In this document: positions 61,921 through 64,000 of the stretch, one piece after another
Numbering within the stretch: the stretch's first letter is position 1
Layout: each line of letters starts with the position of its first letter
From: a virus
Lineage: Duplodnaviria; Caudoviricetes
Direction: 5' to 3' (one strand)
Virus record (IMG/VR): IMGVR_UViG_3300048802_000015
Coordinates: 17,906-81,905 of that record
Length of the DNA stretch: 64,000 nt
Position numbers and translations under genes: made by a program
Notes under the pieces: generated by a model
Databases searched by the model: none
What the model was told of the DNA's origin: nothing
Seen by the model: the letters and a program-made list of their open reading frames with translations, nothing else

Positions 61921-62439
61921 CTACATGTCACTTGATGTCTCTGGGAAGTTCGTTCGCGCGTTGAGTTCGGGATGCTCAGCAATGAACTTCTCACGAGCTA
62001 GGGCAGCTTCCAGTTCGCTATCATGACTTCCAAGGGTTATTTGCTTTCCGTCAATCCTGACCTTCGCTCTCCACTTTCCGCTCTTCTTGTTCAAGTGCAC
62101 TCCAAGAAATTGGCTAGACGGGTTTGCGGAACGCCGGTGACAATTGCGCCCGTTCTGCGCATTTGTAACAGAGCGCAGGTTCGCACGCCGGTTGTCGAGT
62201 CCGTTGCCGTTGATGTGGTCGCATTGCTCGCCCTTTTCCAAATCGCGGTTGAGCTTCCGTGCAAGCACACGGCGATGAAGAAGCTCCAAGCGCCACTTAC
62301 CTCTCTTGTGTTTCACGTTCCTAGCCGCATAGAACGTTCGTCCGTGTTGAACCGCGTACCACTTCTCCACAGAAAGAGCCACAAGATCCTCGTCATCGAC
62401 GAGAGCCACCTTGTCTTGCGTGAGTCGGATTTCTTTCAT
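61921..62439 (-). CDS. HNH-AP2 endonuclease (paralog 3 of 3)
   Basis: MKEIRLTQDKVALVDDED, CDHINGNGLDNRRANL, SQFLGV. Confidence 0.93.
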   Translation of the reverse strand: MKEIRLTQDKVALVDDEDLVALSVEKWYAVQHGRTFYAARNVKHKRGKWRLELLHRRVLARKLNRDLEKGEQCDHINGNGLDNRRANLRSVTNAQNGRNCHRRSANPSSQFLGVHLNKKSGKWRAKVRIDGKQITLGSHDSELEAALAREKFIAEHPELNARTNFPETSSDM

Positions 62440-62442
62440 GTT

Positions 62443-62742
62443 TTACCTATTATTTGCCCACCATTGCAACATCGCAGCGTCCCCGTCCCGCCGGCACTCC
62501 GGGCAAGTCGCAGCTTCCGGTTCGATCGTCCAGGCCTCGCGGATACTGGCTCCGCACAAGGGCCGATGCTCGGGCTCGACTACCAGGTGAAGGATGGGCG
62601 GGGCGACGTGCGGCAGGTCGATGGGAGGGCGAGCAAGCTGTGTCGGCGCGGGAGGTTGCTTACGCCCCATCCGGAACAGCACGAGCTGAATGGCCACGAA
62701 GATGACCAGGACGGCTACCGGGAAAACCCACCACGCGTTCAT
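62443..62742 (-). CDS. Membrane-anchored small Zn-finger protein
   Basis: N-terminal TM; H...LCG...TCPEC. Confidence 0.6.
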   Translation of the reverse strand: MNAWWVFPVAVLVIFVAIQLVLFRMGRKQPPAPTQLARPPIDLPHVAPPILHLVVEPEHRPLCGASIREAWTIEPEAATCPECRRDGDAAMLQWWANNR

Positions 62743-63197
62743 GTCCGCAGCTCCTCTTCTACCGCGGTGGCATCTATCAGGTCTTTGTACTCCTCCGGGT
62801 ACCGTCGGGCCAGCTCTCGAAGCGCAGCAACCTGGTTCAGGAATTTCCAGTTCTGGCGTTTCGGGAAGAGCGACCTCGTTCCTTCCGGCAGAGGCACGTT
62901 GCCCCAGTCGTTTTCCTTGTACTTGCAGGCTAGGCGGTAGACCGAAGGCGGCGCCTTGTCTCGCAGAATCCAAAGTCTGACGAGGCGAGACACCACCCGC
63001 TGGCCATAGACGCCGCCATTGGAATGGTAACGGCACTCCAGCGTCTGTGCACCGATCCCATCCTCGACATCGACATCGCAATAGCAGTGCTTCATGACGA
63101 CCCGCCAAGCTGCGCTCCTGTACGCGGGATACATCGTTCTGAACGAATGCCCGCCGCCGACGTACACCTGCACAGTCTTTCTCGCGATCAAGCTCAC
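62739..63197 (-). CDS. Hypothetical protein
   Basis: GTGA/ATGA overlaps. Confidence 0.6.
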   Translation of the reverse strand: MSLIARKTVQVYVGGGHSFRTMYPAYRSAAWRVVMKHCYCDVDVEDGIGAQTLECRYHSNGGVYGQRVVSRLVRLWILRDKAPPSVYRLACKYKENDWGNVPLPEGTRSLFPKRQNWKFLNQVAALRELARRYPEEYKDLIDATAVEEELRT

Positions 63198-64000
63198 CCC
63201 GCCGCCTTCATGTGCCGAATGGTGTAGACGGCCGCCTCGGCCGGTGGGCATCGTTCCAGCATCACCTGCCTGGCGCCATCATTCTGCTCTTCCTCGATCA
63301 TCTCGGCCGTGATGAGGTGCGGCTGCTCGACTACCAAACCTGAGACTCGCACGCCGTGGATCGAGTAGAGCTTAGAACCGTCGCGCCAGGTGCAGAATGG
63401 CCCGCTATCGCAGTGGGGCTTGTTGTTCTCGTCGATCTTCAGCTCGGACGGCCTATCGCTGACAATGCAGAACTTTGAGTACATCCAGCGCGGCCCCGCG
63501 TGGATAGCCGCCTGCTCGTAGTGGTCCCATTTTGAATAGTCTAGATCCAGGAGAGCGATGTACCTGAAAAAGGTGAGGAACGCGCACCATCCTGACCACT
63601 GGTTGCCGCCATTCCTCATCTTCCAGGTGGCCCACGCGCATTCTAACATCTGCTTTTTCTGTCCTGGAAATAGTCTCCCGGCCAGATTACCGATGGCCTT
63701 GGTATCGCAATCTCCAAGTGCCCACCAGCGTGATCCATCGTCGGTGGCGGCGCCGGTGGCGGCAAGGGTGGCGGCGCGGGTGGCGTCGCCGGTGGCGTCG
63801 TCGGTGGCGGCGCCGGTGACGTCGAGGGTGACGTCGTCGGTGGCGGCGCGGGTGGCGTCGTCGGTGGCGGCGCGGGTGGCGTCGAGGGTGGCGGCGCGGG
63901 TGGCGGCGCGGGTGGCGTCGAGGGTGGCGGCGCGGGTGGCGTCGAGGGTGGCGGCGCGGGTGGCGTCGAGGGTGGCGTCGAGGGTGGCGTCGTCGGTGGC
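63194..64000 (-). CDS. DUF6745-like protein with tetrapeptide repeats (5' end beyond window)
   Basis: Frame open from 64000; GNQWSGW...FF, CIVSDRP..L..D...PHC..GP...WRDG..LY.IHGVRV. Confidence 0.75.
   Translation of the reverse strand, partial: ATDDATLDATLDATRAATLDATRAATLDATRAATRAATLDATRAATDDATRAATDDVTLDVTGAATDDATGDATRAATLAATGAATDDGSRWWALGDCDTKAIGNLAGRLFPGQKKQMLECAWATWKMRNGGNQWSGWCAFLTFFRYIALLDLDYSKWDHYEQAAIHAGPRWMYSKFCIVSDRPSELKIDENNKPHCDSGPFCTWRDGSKLYSIHGVRVSGLVVEQPHLITAEMIEEEQNDGARQVMLERCPPAEAAVYTIRHMKAAG
63735..64000 (-). repeat. Coding 12-bp tandem repeat (ATxx tetrapeptides)
   Basis: GGTGGC-GGCGCG/GTCGAG/GTCGTC units on + strand; peptide ATRA/ATLD/ATDD. Confidence 0.9.

Larger units (their letters stand above)
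1..64000 (-). mobile_element. Myovirus-type bacteriophage/prophage genome segment (no boundaries in window)
   Basis: Terminase, portal, MuF, major capsid, sheath, tube, tape measure, baseplate and lysis genes in canonical co-oriented order; no host genes. Confidence 0.97.

Noticed and set aside
63735-64000. CRISPR or TIGR-like array
   Set aside because: Spacer-less 12-bp in-frame coding repeat; no repeat-spacer arrays found elsewhere
1-64000. tRNA, tmRNA, rRNA, integrase/att sites
   Set aside because: None recognisable; lifestyle and genome ends cannot be determined from this window

Overview
The whole window is bacteriophage sequence: a GC-rich (about two-thirds GC, estimated by eye) contractile-tailed (myovirus-type) phage or prophage, with no host genes, integrase, tRNA, rRNA or CRISPR array visible. 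Almost every gene is on the minus strand, packed with ATGA/GTGA/TAATG overlaps; the single clear exception is a small membrane-protein gene at 40342-40527. In transcription order (right to left): small early/accessory genes (64000-61500); an accessory virion plus lysis-like block with a Csu/spore-coat-U pilin gene (61400-55190); an SOD-metallopeptidase fusion, RusA and a split, re-ordered terminase (54800-50090); ParB-like, TAGT-type glycosyltransferase and S53 protease genes (49600-45850); portal, MuF, scaffold and major capsid (44500-36000); neck, sheath, tube, chaperone with a -1 frameshift, tape measure, baseplate and fibres (34700-11700); a lysis cassette (11700-10300); and early accessory genes (TSCPD, MoxR AAA plus VWA, DUF4942-type methyltransferase). 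Seven HNH genes are interspersed. The spore-coat-U gene hints at a Myxococcota-like host (inference). The most striking unexplained signals are three large intergenic structured-RNA candidates: two mutually homologous elements of about 420-490 nt (24471-24958 and 49660-50078), and an unrelated element of about 325 nt with five C(UUCG)G hairpins and its own promoter, directly behind an HNH gene (34742-35065). All family names are recognised from motifs by eye; no database search was run. Start codons were re-picked from RBS and overlap evidence.
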